A DNA stretch of 64,000 nucleotides from an uncultured delta proteobacterium (GTDB taxonomy: Bacteria; Desulfobacterota; Binatia; UBA9968), in the NCBI GenBank assembly GCA_963816145.1, contig CAWFJP010000017.1, positions 64,001-128,000 on the forward strand. Reading direction: 5' to 3'. Below are positions 19,317 through 29,673 of the stretch, piece by piece. Position 1 is the stretch's first letter. Every line of letters begins with the position of its first letter. The translations under genes were made by a program, and so were the position numbers. The notes under the pieces are model-generated. The model saw only the letters and a program-made list of their open reading frames with translations, searched no databases and was not told the DNA's origin.

Positions 19317-19706
19317 TTAATTGCGGGGTCAACCAGCACAACTGCTCGGTTTCACCACAGAAGATAGCATAAAAAGCGTCGGTTCAGGGCTTAGACGGGC
19401 TTTTTCGACCCGGAAATCGGCTTGTTAAGATAAAAAACCAATGCCCCGGAAGGAAATCGAGGTCCATACTTTTAATCCTAGACTGTCTTGCTTCTCCTTC
19501 GGATACGGTCTCGATGGGGATATAGCTGACGAACTTGACAGACTCGGTCTCACCGTTATCAGCGGAACCGTCCCGTTAACCGGGTGTGGTGCTCGTGTCC
19601 GGTGTTAGGGTAAGGCATGAGTTATCGACTAATTGTCGAAGCATCATAGTCAGCGTGAGAGCAATGAACTCAAGAACAAATCTTGCTAGTCCGTGCTTTT
19701 GCAATT

Positions 19707-20768
19707 TCAACGAAGCTGGAAAATCTCGTTCCACAGCTTCTCGTACTTGGGATAATTCTTGGTATCGTCCGCCGAAAGCATATAAGTTTTCGCCGGAAGA
19801 ATTTTCTCCACCGGCTCCACCTTCGGGTGGGCGGGTGTCTCGCCTGCCTGAGCGAATACCTTCTGCCCCTCTTCACTGATAAGCCAGCGGGCCCAAAGTA
19901 AACCCGCGTTGGGATTGGGAGCGCCTTTAAGCAAGGTCACGCTGCCGCCGATACGGCCGACGCCTTCAGTCATCATGATCTGTAGCGGCGCGCCTTTTTT
20001 CTGTAGCGGTGGAATATGATGGGCGTAGCAGGTCACACAAACATCCGCCTGTCCGGCTGTCAGCAGTTCGGCAAGTTGCGAGTGGCCCTTGAAAAATTCA
20101 GGTTTGTTGGACGCGATCTTCTTGAATATCTCGATAGCTTTGTCGTCGCTCTGGTACTTGTACTTCGCGAGACCCAACAAAACCGGAAAATCCCTCGGTT
20201 CAGCGCTCAGCCGGTTGGCCCATTTCGCGTCACCGAAGTCTTCAAATGTTCTCGGCTCGTCGCCTTTTTTGACCCGACTCGTATTCCACGCGGCAATGAA
20301 ATATTCGGTGTCGGTGCCCACCCAGTCGGGGCCTTTCAAGGCCGCAGGATAGGCGCCAGCCTCCGGCAAGTTGAGATCGAGCAACAGCCCTTGTTCGCGC
20401 GCCTGAGCCACATAGTTCAGTGTACCGCTCATAACATCGCCGAGGGTTTTACCGCCGCGCGCTTCGGCGATGGCGCGCGCCACGAGCTTGTCGGCCGTGG
20501 CGTTTACATGATTCACCTTGATTCCCGGGAAGCGCTTTTCGAAGGCAGGAAAGACAATTTGTTCGGTATTGGTCGACGCGGCGGCATAGACCACCACGCG
20601 ACCTTCCGCTTTTGCTCTTTGATATAAGGAGTCAAGGGACTCGCCTTTGCCCCCAACCGGCGCACCGGCAGCAGCCGCCAAGCTCATGGGAGCGTGCAGC
20701 GCAGCCCAAAAGATGCTGAGAGCCACAGCGACACAAACTCGCGCGCAGACGCCTATTGGTAATCCCAT
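19707..20768 (-). CDS. ABC transporter substrate-binding protein (Fe3+/polyamine-type family)
   Basis: Signal-like N-term; 'AKAEGRVVVY...FEKRFPGIKV', 'APNPNAGLLW..WL.S.EGQ'. Confidence 0.85.
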   Translation of the reverse strand: MGLPIGVCARVCVAVALSIFWAALHAPMSLAAAAGAPVGGKGESLDSLYQRAKAEGRVVVYAAASTNTEQIVFPAFEKRFPGIKVNHVNATADKLVARAIAEARGGKTLGDVMSGTLNYVAQAREQGLLLDLNLPEAGAYPAALKGPDWVGTDTEYFIAAWNTSRVKKGDEPRTFEDFGDAKWANRLSAEPRDFPVLLGLAKYKYQSDDKAIEIFKKIASNKPEFFKGHSQLAELLTAGQADVCVTCYAHHIPPLQKKGAPLQIMMTEGVGRIGGSVTLLKGAPNPNAGLLWARWLISEEGQKVFAQAGETPAHPKVEPVEKILPAKTYMLSADDTKNYPKYEKLWNEIFQLR

Positions 20769-21048
20769 CGCTTTCCCCTTTCGCCGAGACCCGGTAAACA
20801 TTCGAACACGTCCCACACAAATAAGCCAACGTTAGAAATGTTCAAGCCGTTCAATCGCTTCTATACCCGCCAGGGTCATACTTTTATAACTTGACTATCT
20901 TATCTCTCGGCGATGGTAGACTTGGCACGGGAAATAGGGTCACCTCAGCCTGACCCTAAGACGTGCTAAGACGCCTTGCTCTCAACCATAAGTGGTCGGC
21001 GAGCGGCAAGCGCGAATATTGAGATCGGCGGGAATTTATCTGATGTTC

Positions 21049-22059
21049 TCACATCCTGATTTTTGTTTGCCGATATTTTAACGGCGTTGCGCCGGTCCAG
21101 CGTTTAAACGCGCGGTTGAAGGCGCTGACTTCTGAATAACCCAATAGAAAGGCGATTTGTGTGAGCGTGTGGTCTCGGTCTTTTAGATAGTTTATGGCAA
21201 ACCGGCGACGGGTATCTCCCATCAGCTTTTTGAAACCCGGTCCGCGTTCCTTCAAGCGTCGCTCTAATGTGCGCTGGCTCAACGCCAATTTCTTGGCAAC
21301 CCGTTTTAGCGTCGGCTCCCCCTCGCGCATCGCTTCGGCAATGGTTTTTCGCACCGCGGCGAGCAGCTTGTCTTCTCTCGGGACATCAGCGAGTACGTGT
21401 TCCAAATATCGCTGCAGAATTCGATAAAGTCGTTTGTCCGCCGCCGGTACGTGCCGATCAAGGAACTCGCGCTCGACAACCAGCGCGTTGGTCGGACAGC
21501 CGAAAAGTACCGGCGCGCGAAATATCCTACTATGTTCCTGAACCTGAGTTGGCGAATGATGCGCGAAATGGACTTCCCGTGGAGTCCAATCGCTTCCGGC
21601 CACCAAGCGAGCCGTATTTAGCATCACCGCCATACTGTATTCGTTATGTTGGCGCGGCGAATCCAATCCCAGGTCGGTGAAGCGATAACGAATATAGACC
21701 CGCTCTCCCGCCACCTCCAATGATGTGGTCACGTCCTGGTTGTGCACTTTGAAATAGCGCGACCCATTTTCGATGCCGGCTAAGATCGTCGGCGAGTTGA
21801 TCACGACGTAGGCCAAAGGACCTATATTCTTAGGATCGAAGCGCTCACCGAAGTGAAGTCCGAAGTCATCATCACCCGTTTGCCGCGCTGTCTCTTCCAG
21901 CAGCCGAGCGAAAGTGGCGCTGGGGACGAATGCCTCCGGATTGTCAAGCACAACGCGATCCAGGCCGACGGCGGCGAGGATCGGATCGGGACTCTTTCCT
22001 GCCGCGGTGACGGTTTCAAGCCAACCGCTCATCGCAGCTACGGAGATCATCGATTCCAT
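21049..22059 (-). CDS. AraC family transcriptional regulator
   Basis: C-term 'LALSQRTLERRL..G', 'IAFLLGYSEVSAFNRAFKRWTG.TP..YR'. Confidence 0.92.
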   Translation of the reverse strand: MESMISVAAMSGWLETVTAAGKSPDPILAAVGLDRVVLDNPEAFVPSATFARLLEETARQTGDDDFGLHFGERFDPKNIGPLAYVVINSPTILAGIENGSRYFKVHNQDVTTSLEVAGERVYIRYRFTDLGLDSPRQHNEYSMAVMLNTARLVAGSDWTPREVHFAHHSPTQVQEHSRIFRAPVLFGCPTNALVVEREFLDRHVPAADKRLYRILQRYLEHVLADVPREDKLLAAVRKTIAEAMREGEPTLKRVAKKLALSQRTLERRLKERGPGFKKLMGDTRRRFAINYLKDRDHTLTQIAFLLGYSEVSAFNRAFKRWTGATPLKYRQTKIRM

Positions 22060-22516
22060 ACTTAACCCGAAGTTGTCTCTGTTTAACGCCGTCGCACAGC
22101 GATTGTCAATTCTTCGGCGCCGATTGCCGAGACCGCGATGGAAGAGACGAATAAACTACCTACAGATTCATCCAATTCGGCAGGCGGTTGGTCGTTGCCG
22201 CGCGCCGAGCTGAACCATATTGCTTGCGCCAAGAAGCGCGCCCCGGTTAAGTCAATGCGGCTTTTTCGCTCACCGCTGCGAGCGACCGCTGCTGTCAATT
22301 TCTTGTCGTCTACTATCAAGACAATTGGTGCGCTCGGACTTATCTTTGATCGAGCACAAGATGGCCCTCTTCGAACCCATGTAAAGTGAAATATCCGGGC
22401 CCAAAACCGATCCAATACGGGCCCGTTTCAGGGCCAATACGGGTCAAATCGAAAGAAGGTGAAAACCTGGCGTAAACTGCCAAAGCTGCACGTTGCCAAA
22501 TAACTTATGACGAGGA

Positions 22517-22906
22517 TTGATGGATTACCAGATTAAAATTCTTAGAGGACTTGATCGGGATAATTATGTGATCATGTTCATACGCGGCTCGATGGATATT
22601 GCCGCATTTCGGCACGTCCTCGACAAACTCGCCGAGGCCACGCAGACTTTTCTCGATTGCAAAATTCTTGTCGATTTTCAGGATTCCAAATGCCAGTTTT
22701 TGCCGTCTGACGTTAGGGAAATCGCGCTTACGTTTGATATTGCCGCGTGGCCGCACAGTAACAAAATTGCCTTGATCTCGTCGCCGGATATGGAACAGTA
22801 TCACCACCTGGGGATTTTAGGCGATTGTCTTTTAGATATGAAAATTGATGTCAGCGTGTTTTACGAAATGCGCGATGCCATTAGCTGGTTGGCCCGAGGC
22901 GGCTGA
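22517..22906 (+). CDS. Hypothetical protein, STAS/SpoIIAA-like
   Basis: 'KILVDF', 'KIALI', C-term 'VF....DA..WL' pattern; GAGGA RBS. Confidence 0.5.
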   Translation: MMDYQIKILRGLDRDNYVIMFIRGSMDIAAFRHVLDKLAEATQTFLDCKILVDFQDSKCQFLPSDVREIALTFDIAAWPHSNKIALISSPDMEQYHHLGILGDCLLDMKIDVSVFYEMRDAISWLARGG

Positions 22907-23277
22907 AATTCTAGCAACAAAACGAGCGTCAAATTTTGGAATTGGGGTCGGGGTTGGGGTAATCCTCAGGTCTCAGACCCTCACCCTTCGTATCGGTCTA
23001 ACCATCCCGTGCGGGTCGCCTTTGGGGTCGAGCCTTAGTGTTGACTTATTTTCCGTTGCCTTGGCTACGGCTTTCAGTCGCAAGACGCGCTTGTGGCATA
23101 ATTCAAACTAACTTAACCGTGAGCGGGTTGTATGAGTCGATCTACATGTTTCGGTCCACTGCCTCTTCGCGCCTCATAAACATCGCGTGAATTTCATCGC
23201 CGGTGCGCGGGCTACTAAGCGTAGGTTGGCGGTCGATTGATTGACGATTCTCACCGTCCGGTCACTCAGCAAAAATA

Positions 23278-23450
23278 CCTAGCCGGCTTGATTCCCGGCC
23301 ACTTGGTCAGTTGCGAACGCGAACGCCGTGACGGGCTCGCTAAGACCCCTCGACGGATAGACTCCAACAACTTTCAACTTGCTCTCGCAGCCCGCCCTTT
23401 CGACGAAGGTTTTTAAAAAGAGCCTTGATCGATCGACCTCCTTAGTCAAG
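23278..23450 (-). pseudogene. Fragment: copy of the 3' end of the cyclase gene at 25923-27173
   Basis: First ~62 nt identical to 25922 onward (includes stop codon), then diverged. Confidence 0.85.
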
Positions 23451-23778
23451 AAAGTGAACAGGTTCAGTGATCAGGGTCATACTTTTATGACTTAATTATC
23501 TTCACGACTGCGGTGGCAGATTTGCCGCAATTGCCGATCGTCCCACTTTGACTCCCATATTTGTTTCATTCTCTCACCACGACGGGCTTAGCGTCATACA
23601 ATCCGTTCACCCTCTTTTCTATGCCGGGTCCATCGATCAATCGGCTCCACCAATCGCTACTAACATGCGACGCGTCGGCCTTTCAATCATAACGTAGTCC
23701 GCTTTTCTCCTTCCACGGAACACGATCGAGAACGACTCCTGTCCATGTTTTCTCTGTCGAATTTGTTTTATAGATGTC

Positions 23779-24828
23779 TTGCGAGCAAAACTGAGACCTT
23801 CACCCATTGGGATTTCCCGCGGCGCAGTTCCGTCACTGCGGGCCGGTCGGGATGAAATAAAAAATCGAGTGGAACCAGGAACGATTTACAATCGCAGCGG
23901 CATTACGTTAATCGTCGCCGGATTTTTAATTGCCACTATTTTAGGTTACTTGGACTCCCGCGAAATCGACTTTCCATTTGCGGCGCGCTTCATCTCGATG
24001 GCCATGATCCTCGGCGGGGCATTTCTCTGTTGGCGCGGCCGCCAGTATCGGGCGCAGGCGAGTGCCGGCAATATTTTCGGCGATGCGAAACCGGACGTCC
24101 TTTATCTAAGAGCGTTCGAAGCCGATAGGTCGGTTTTGAGGTATGTCGCTTGGTCTTTTTTATTGCCGCGTTTAGTTTCCGGGCTCATTACCGAGGAGGA
24201 ACAGCTGCGCGACGTTTTGCGGCCGTTTGGCGATCTGGTCGCCATCGGCAGACCGGGCGAGAAGCTGCCCACACCTGGCGCAGCTCGATTGTATGCGTCG
24301 GACGCCGAGTGGCAGTCAGTCGTCAGCGATCAGATGCGCTCTGCTGCGCTGGTTGTGATTCGCGCCGGCCGAGGCCGGGGTCTGCTGTGGGAGCTCAAGC
24401 AGGCGTTTGCAAACCTCGATCCGACCAAGCTGTTGATCCTGGTTCTGAAAATGAAGCGCAAGGATTACGCCGCGTTTAGAGAAGAGATGAGTAAAATGCT
24501 CGGCGTTAGCTTTCCCGAGTTTCATGGCTTCTCAGGGTTCGGTCGAGTATCCGGCTTCGTCCGCTTCGCCGCCGACTGGACGCCCGAGATGCTGCGCTTA
24601 TACGCGCCCCACTTGAGGCGGACGATTTACAAGCCGTACCAGCCGCTTTTTCACTTCACCTTGAAACCGGTCTTCAAAGACTTCGGCTTGGAGTGGCAGA
24701 CGCCTCCCGTATCGATTTTAAGCGTCATCGTGAAGTTGGTCTATGCGGGATTTGCGCTGCTGCTCTTCCTTGCCGGGCTTATGGTTATGGATAATCTATT
24801 CTCGCTTCATTGGTTTGATGATGTTTAA
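23779..24828 (+). CDS. Hypothetical membrane protein with conserved soluble alpha/beta domain (start uncertain)
   Basis: TM segments at both ends; 'VLYLRAF..D', 'EEQL', 'AIGRPGE.LP..GA.R', 'GLLWEL'. Confidence 0.65.
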   Translation: MRAKLRPSPIGISRGAVPSLRAGRDEIKNRVEPGTIYNRSGITLIVAGFLIATILGYLDSREIDFPFAARFISMAMILGGAFLCWRGRQYRAQASAGNIFGDAKPDVLYLRAFEADRSVLRYVAWSFLLPRLVSGLITEEEQLRDVLRPFGDLVAIGRPGEKLPTPGAARLYASDAEWQSVVSDQMRSAALVVIRAGRGRGLLWELKQAFANLDPTKLLILVLKMKRKDYAAFREEMSKMLGVSFPEFHGFSGFGRVSGFVRFAADWTPEMLRLYAPHLRRTIYKPYQPLFHFTLKPVFKDFGLEWQTPPVSILSVIVKLVYAGFALLLFLAGLMVMDNLFSLHWFDDV

Positions 24829-25099
24829 CCATTTGCCGATGCGAAACGAACACTGAGCCCTAGGCGGGTCCCACATTGCGACATTCGTCCGTGATCGGAT
24901 CGCCACGAACGTAACGAAGCAATTCCACAAGTCCGCCATCCCGATCGCATAGGATCCCCTTGTAGCGTCCGCGGTTAAATGGTCCCGTCACGGCGGATCT
25001 TGTTGCCGCGACGCACGCAAAAAATAACGTTGTAATTCCTGAAAACTTCGGTTACCACGAGTCACCAACAAAAAAAACCCAATCGTAAGGAGAATCGTC

Positions 25100-25852
25100 A
25101 TGCAATCAAGAACCATCGGGGCTGCCGGCGGGGAATCTCAGGATTTAAGTCGGCGCACTTTTCTCAGGCTGACCAGCGGCGCGGCGCTGACCGGAGTTTT
25201 TGGCGTGAACTTGTCCGCAAGCTTGGTCTACGCCGACGCGTTGGGCAAAGAAAAACGCGACAAGATGACGCCGGATGAGATCCTGGCGGCGTTCAAGCGC
25301 GGCAACAAGAATTTCAGCAAAGGCCTCAAGACCTCGCGCAACTATCTCAGCGAACAGAAAGCCACCGCCAAAGGACAGTATCCGTTGGCGGTCGTCCTGA
25401 GCTGCATCGACTCGCGCGCGCCTGCCGAAACGATCATGGATCTCGGCATCGGCGATATCTTCAACGCCCGCGTCGCCGGCAACATCGCCAACGACGACAT
25501 CCTGGGCAGCATGGAATTTTCCTGCAAGCTGGCGGGGGCGAAAGTCGTCCTGGTGATGGGGCACAGCGCTTGCGGTGCGATCAAGGGTGCCATCGATAAC
25601 GCCGAGCTGGGCAACCTGACCGGTCTGCTCGCGAAGATCAAACCGGCGGTGAAAGCGACCCAATTCAAAGGCGAATTATCTGCGAAGAACGCCGCCTACG
25701 TCGACGCCGTGGCGCAAAAAAACGTCGAGTTGACGATCGCCGACATTCGCAAGAGGAGTCCGGTACTGGCAGAGCTTGAGTCCAAAGGCACGATCAAGAT
25801 CGCCGGGGCGATGTACAACCTCGAAACCGCGATGTTGAACTTTCTCGCCTGA
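25100..25852 (+). CDS. Beta-class carbonic anhydrase, Tat-exported
   Basis: 'SRRTFL' Tat; 'LSCIDSR', 'RVAGN', 'GHSACGA' Zn ligands. Confidence 0.93.
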   Translation: MQSRTIGAAGGESQDLSRRTFLRLTSGAALTGVFGVNLSASLVYADALGKEKRDKMTPDEILAAFKRGNKNFSKGLKTSRNYLSEQKATAKGQYPLAVVLSCIDSRAPAETIMDLGIGDIFNARVAGNIANDDILGSMEFSCKLAGAKVVLVMGHSACGAIKGAIDNAELGNLTGLLAKIKPAVKATQFKGELSAKNAAYVDAVAQKNVELTIADIRKRSPVLAELESKGTIKIAGAMYNLETAMLNFLA

Positions 25853-25922
25853 TGCGAGGCGATCGAGCGCAAACAAGCAGGTGGGCCTTTTTTAACAGCC
25901 TGAAAACATTTGACCGTTCTTC

Positions 25923-27173
25923 CTAGCCGGCTTGATTCCCGGCCACTTGGTCAGTTGCGAACGCGAACGCCGTGACGGGCTCGTTAAGGCCTTTCAACGG
26001 ATAGGATCCGACATCTTCCAGCTTGCTTTCGCAGCCCGCCCTTTCGACGAAGGCCTTGGAAAATAGCACCGATCGTTTGAGCGCCTTGGTCAAGGCTTCG
26101 AGCCGCGACGCGATATTGACCGCCGGCCCGATCACCGTAAAGTCGAGGCGATTGCGCGATCCGATATTGCCATACATGACCTCGCCGACATGCACGCCGA
26201 TGCCGTAGCCCAATGCATCGCGCCCCGCCAAAAGGTTTTGCTCGTTTAACCTTGCTAGTGCCGTTTGCGCTTCGCCGATCGCTCGCAATAGATCGCCGCA
26301 GGCAGTCGGATTGCTCAGAGGAAATATCGCCAGAAGGCCGTCGCCCATGAACTTCAGGATCTCGCCGCCGTTGCGCACAATCGGCTCCGTCATCGCGTCG
26401 AAGTAGCCGTTTAGAATATCGATGACTTCATCCCGCGGCCGAAGGTTTGACAAGGCGGTGAAGTTGCGCAGATCGCAGATAATAATCGCGGCATCGACCG
26501 TCGCGCCGCTGCCGCGGGTGGTGGCGCCGTCAAGGATTTTTTCGCTGGCATGGGGGCCGACATAGGTTTCCAAGAGAGTCCGGGCAAGCTGGTTTTTCAA
26601 GCGAATTTCGCTGACCAGAGCAAGAACGGGGAGAATCTCGGCGAGGACCGCGACGTGATCGTCGTCGAATCCGCCCGCTGCCTCGGTTGCGAAAGTAACC
26701 AGATGGCGCTTGCCCAGTGTATGGTCGAGAGGCCAGGCGATGTAGTCGGTAAGCCCCTCGGCGCGCAGCTCCTCGCACAGCGGATGACTCAAGATTTCCA
26801 CTGCGCCGCTTTGCAGCCGCTGCCTGATCTCATTGGCGCCTTCGATGATCGTCCGCAGCGGGCTCTTCAAGAACTCCGCGGTCGCCTCGACGTGATAGCC
26901 GACGGTTTGTATTTCAGCGGCGTGCATGCCGCTGCGCCAAATGATCCGGGCGCCGAGCCATTGAGGATGATGGGTGCGAAAGTGCAGGCTCGCCCTGGCC
27001 ACCGGCACGCCGGCAACTCTCAGCCGGCGGCACAGTTCGACAAAGATCTTGTCGATAACCGGTTCATCGTGGGTTCCCGACATCAGCCAATCGAGAATCT
27101 GCCCGCCCCGAACCTGCGAAGCGCGAGATTTTTCATCAAGGGAAGCGCTGTGGTTATCCAACGAGAATTCCAT
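25923..27173 (-). CDS. Class III adenylate/guanylate cyclase with N-terminal GAF-like region
   Basis: 'CDLRNFT', 'ILKFMGDG', 'DFTVIGPAVNIASRLE'. Confidence 0.92.
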   Translation of the reverse strand: MEFSLDNHSASLDEKSRASQVRGGQILDWLMSGTHDEPVIDKIFVELCRRLRVAGVPVARASLHFRTHHPQWLGARIIWRSGMHAAEIQTVGYHVEATAEFLKSPLRTIIEGANEIRQRLQSGAVEILSHPLCEELRAEGLTDYIAWPLDHTLGKRHLVTFATEAAGGFDDDHVAVLAEILPVLALVSEIRLKNQLARTLLETYVGPHASEKILDGATTRGSGATVDAAIIICDLRNFTALSNLRPRDEVIDILNGYFDAMTEPIVRNGGEILKFMGDGLLAIFPLSNPTACGDLLRAIGEAQTALARLNEQNLLAGRDALGYGIGVHVGEVMYGNIGSRNRLDFTVIGPAVNIASRLEALTKALKRSVLFSKAFVERAGCESKLEDVGSYPLKGLNEPVTAFAFATDQVAGNQAG

Positions 27174-27316
27174 TTCACCACACTTTACCGTCGCAAATCG
27201 AAGACTGCCACACCCGGACGCGGCGAAGGATTTGACGCGCGGACGCCTGATTTCGAATCGCTAATCTTGCCTGATTCCAGGCAGGGGTGATCTGGGCCTC
27301 GACCCTGCCTGCTAGC

Positions 27317-28072
27317 TTACGCCTGAGGTCTGGAGCGGCCGAGCCAGTCCGCGAAACGCGTCGGACCGATGCGCGGGTTTTCGCCGGGGGGGAGCGATTG
27401 ATCGTTCAACTCTAGGCCGAAGTAGCGTGCGTGGACATCTGCGACCACCTGACGTGGATCCTGGGTTGCGATCAGGAATCTTCCGACGAGTTTGTCGAGC
27501 GGCACTGGTTCGGGACCGGCCAACTCGACCATGCCGTTCAACGGCGCACCGACGACGACGTCGACCAGAGCGGCAGCGACGTCATCCGACACGATGGGCT
27601 GGAAAAGCGCAGGTGGCAGCCGGACCGTTTGACCGTCGGTCGCCGATTGGGCGATGCCGCCGACGAACTCGAAAAACTGCGTTGCGCGGACGATCGTATA
27701 GGGAACCGGGGAGGCTTTGATCAGGTTTTCTTGGGCCATCTTGGCGCGAAAGTAACCACTCGCAAGCAGGCGCTCGGCGCCGACGACCGACAGCGCCACA
27801 TGATGTCCCACGCCGGCCGCCGATTCTGCGGCAAGGAGGTTATGAGTCGACGTCTCGAAGAACTCTAAAACTGCGTTGTCCTCCCACGAAGGCGAGTTGG
27901 CCACGTCGACGACCACCTGCGCGCCGGTCATCGCTTCCGCCAGTCCCTTGCCAGTGAGAGTATCGACACCCGAGGAGCGTGACGCCGCCACTACGTCATG
28001 GCCAAGCTGACGAAGGTTCTTCACCAGCTTTGTGCCGATGATCCCGTTGCCGCCGATAACCACAATCTTCAT
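27317..28072 (-). CDS. NmrA-like/atypical SDR oxidoreductase
   Basis: 'MKIVVIGGNGIIG', 'YFRAK..QE', 'RATQFFEF'. Confidence 0.88.
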   Translation of the reverse strand: MKIVVIGGNGIIGTKLVKNLRQLGHDVVAASRSSGVDTLTGKGLAEAMTGAQVVVDVANSPSWEDNAVLEFFETSTHNLLAAESAAGVGHHVALSVVGAERLLASGYFRAKMAQENLIKASPVPYTIVRATQFFEFVGGIAQSATDGQTVRLPPALFQPIVSDDVAAALVDVVVGAPLNGMVELAGPEPVPLDKLVGRFLIATQDPRQVVADVHARYFGLELNDQSLPPGENPRIGPTRFADWLGRSRPQA

Positions 28073-28194
28073 GTCGAACCTTCTAGCTCCGTTAAATTAT
28101 GGCGTCACATCGTGCATTGGGATAAAGCTGCGCTGACAAAATCTGCCCCGAGGATTTCTCGCTTACTATTGCCTATTGCCTGGTGCCGGTCTCC

Positions 28195-29226
28195 CTACTT
28201 CGACTCGAGTATCTGTTTCACTCGATTTACGACGGCGGGCTCGATTTCATACACTCCGTTCACCATCTTTTCTATTCCGGCTCCATCGATCGGGTCGATC
28301 TCGAGCTTGGCCTTTTCCGCCTCGGCGAGAAACTGCGGATCTTTGAGAGTGCTGATGAAAGCTCTTTGCAGTGTGCGCAAGCGCTGCTCGGGCACTTGCG
28401 GCGGCAGCGAATAAAGCCTCTGCTTGCCGTAAAGCTCGGCGGCGATGCGCAGGAGTTTTTTCCCTTCGTCGCTCTTGGCGAAATCGATGGCGAGCGGAAC
28501 ACCCTTCAACTCGGGATGCGGCTCGAGCGGCATCTGGAGAACCACATGAACCTGTTTGGCCTTCAGTGCGTTGGCCCAGGTCACTTTCGCCGATTGCCAG
28601 CTCAGTGTGCAGCTGCCGTCGAGTTCCCCTGTCTCTGCGGCGATTCTGATGTCTGCGGTACCCTTGTAGCCCTCGATGACCTGCACGGGAAATTCCGCGG
28701 CGGCGGCGAGCAGCTTGGTGTCGTCGGTGCCGCTGGTGCCGGGGCCATTGCCTCCCAGTTTGACTCGGGTTTTGGCCTTGCGCCAATCCTCTGCGCTCCT
28801 GATGCCACTACGTTCGGTCGTAATGCACACCATCGCATCCGCCGTCGGCATGCCGAGCCAGCCAAATTTGCGCCCCTCGAATTGCACCGCAGGGTTGCCC
28901 AGCATGTGCTGCATAATCAGCGGGCCGGACCAATTGCCGATCACCGTGCCGTCGCGGGGCGCGCTGTTGTAGATGTAGTTCGCCGCAATCAGCATGCCCG
29001 CACCCGGCATATTTTGCACGACAGCGGCCGGTTTGCCGGGGATGTATTGAGCGATATGGCGGCCGATCAGCCTGGTGTACGTGTCATAACCGCCGCCGGC
29101 GGAACCACCGACAATGAACTGGACGGTTTTGCCTTTGTAGAACTCTTCGACCGAAGCCGCCCGCGCCGAGACCGGCAATACCGAAAGAATGATCGTGAGC
29201 AACAGTACGTGGAAAGCTTGCGCCAT
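28195..29226 (-). CDS. Tripartite tricarboxylate transporter substrate-binding protein (TctC/Bug), paralog 1
   Basis: 'FYKGKT...VGGSAGGGYD...R', 'VVQNMPGAG', 'APRDGT', 'GYKGT......GE'. Confidence 0.9.
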   Translation of the reverse strand: MAQAFHVLLLTIILSVLPVSARAASVEEFYKGKTVQFIVGGSAGGGYDTYTRLIGRHIAQYIPGKPAAVVQNMPGAGMLIAANYIYNSAPRDGTVIGNWSGPLIMQHMLGNPAVQFEGRKFGWLGMPTADAMVCITTERSGIRSAEDWRKAKTRVKLGGNGPGTSGTDDTKLLAAAAEFPVQVIEGYKGTADIRIAAETGELDGSCTLSWQSAKVTWANALKAKQVHVVLQMPLEPHPELKGVPLAIDFAKSDEGKKLLRIAAELYGKQRLYSLPPQVPEQRLRTLQRAFISTLKDPQFLAEAEKAKLEIDPIDGAGIEKMVNGVYEIEPAVVNRVKQILESK

Positions 29227-29260
29227 TCGCCGCCTCCTGATGGTTGGGCTATCGTCGCGG

Positions 29261-29290
29261 AACGTAGTTTGTCCGCTAGGCGCATGTCAA
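29261..29290 (-). promoter_or_regulatory. Putative promoter TTGACA-N18-TACGTT, conserved with 45604-45633
   Basis: Same motif and spacing upstream of both TctC paralogs. Confidence 0.55.
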
Positions 29291-29673
29291 GCGGTAAAAC
29301 GCTGCGCCAAGCGTCCATCATTCGATCGTTTCATGCCGCGAGAAATTTCCGCGGCGCGGAACTGCCCGGCACATCCGCATGGTCTTGAACGATCGGAATG
29401 TCGAGTCTAAGCAGCCAAAGGCGCCACCCTGGTCTTGCGATCACACTTCTCTCAATTCCAGATGCGATCCAATATCAGCCGGCAAACATAGCTATTCCGC
29501 TGCGAGTAGGGCTGACGCCGCGAATTTAGCAACGGCATAGTGTTCAATCATCGCAGCGGCAACGTGGTTAAATCTTTCTCATGGGTCGAATTGATTGGGT
29601 CGTGTCTTGGATTGCGACAATTGTGTGATTGCAGGACCTGGCACGTTAACCTGGCCCAGCGCACTTAAAGGCG

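Noticed and set aside
25923-27173. Second cyclase as part of the defence system
   Set aside because: It lies 9 kb away on the opposite strand, has the ordinary K/T adenylate cyclase signature and lacks the conjugation-type tail.
28183-29388. Long antisense ORFs (also 52429-53571, 51238-52119, 26550-27290, 1362-2087)
   Set aside because: Shadows of GC-rich real genes on the opposite strand, with no recognisable motifs.
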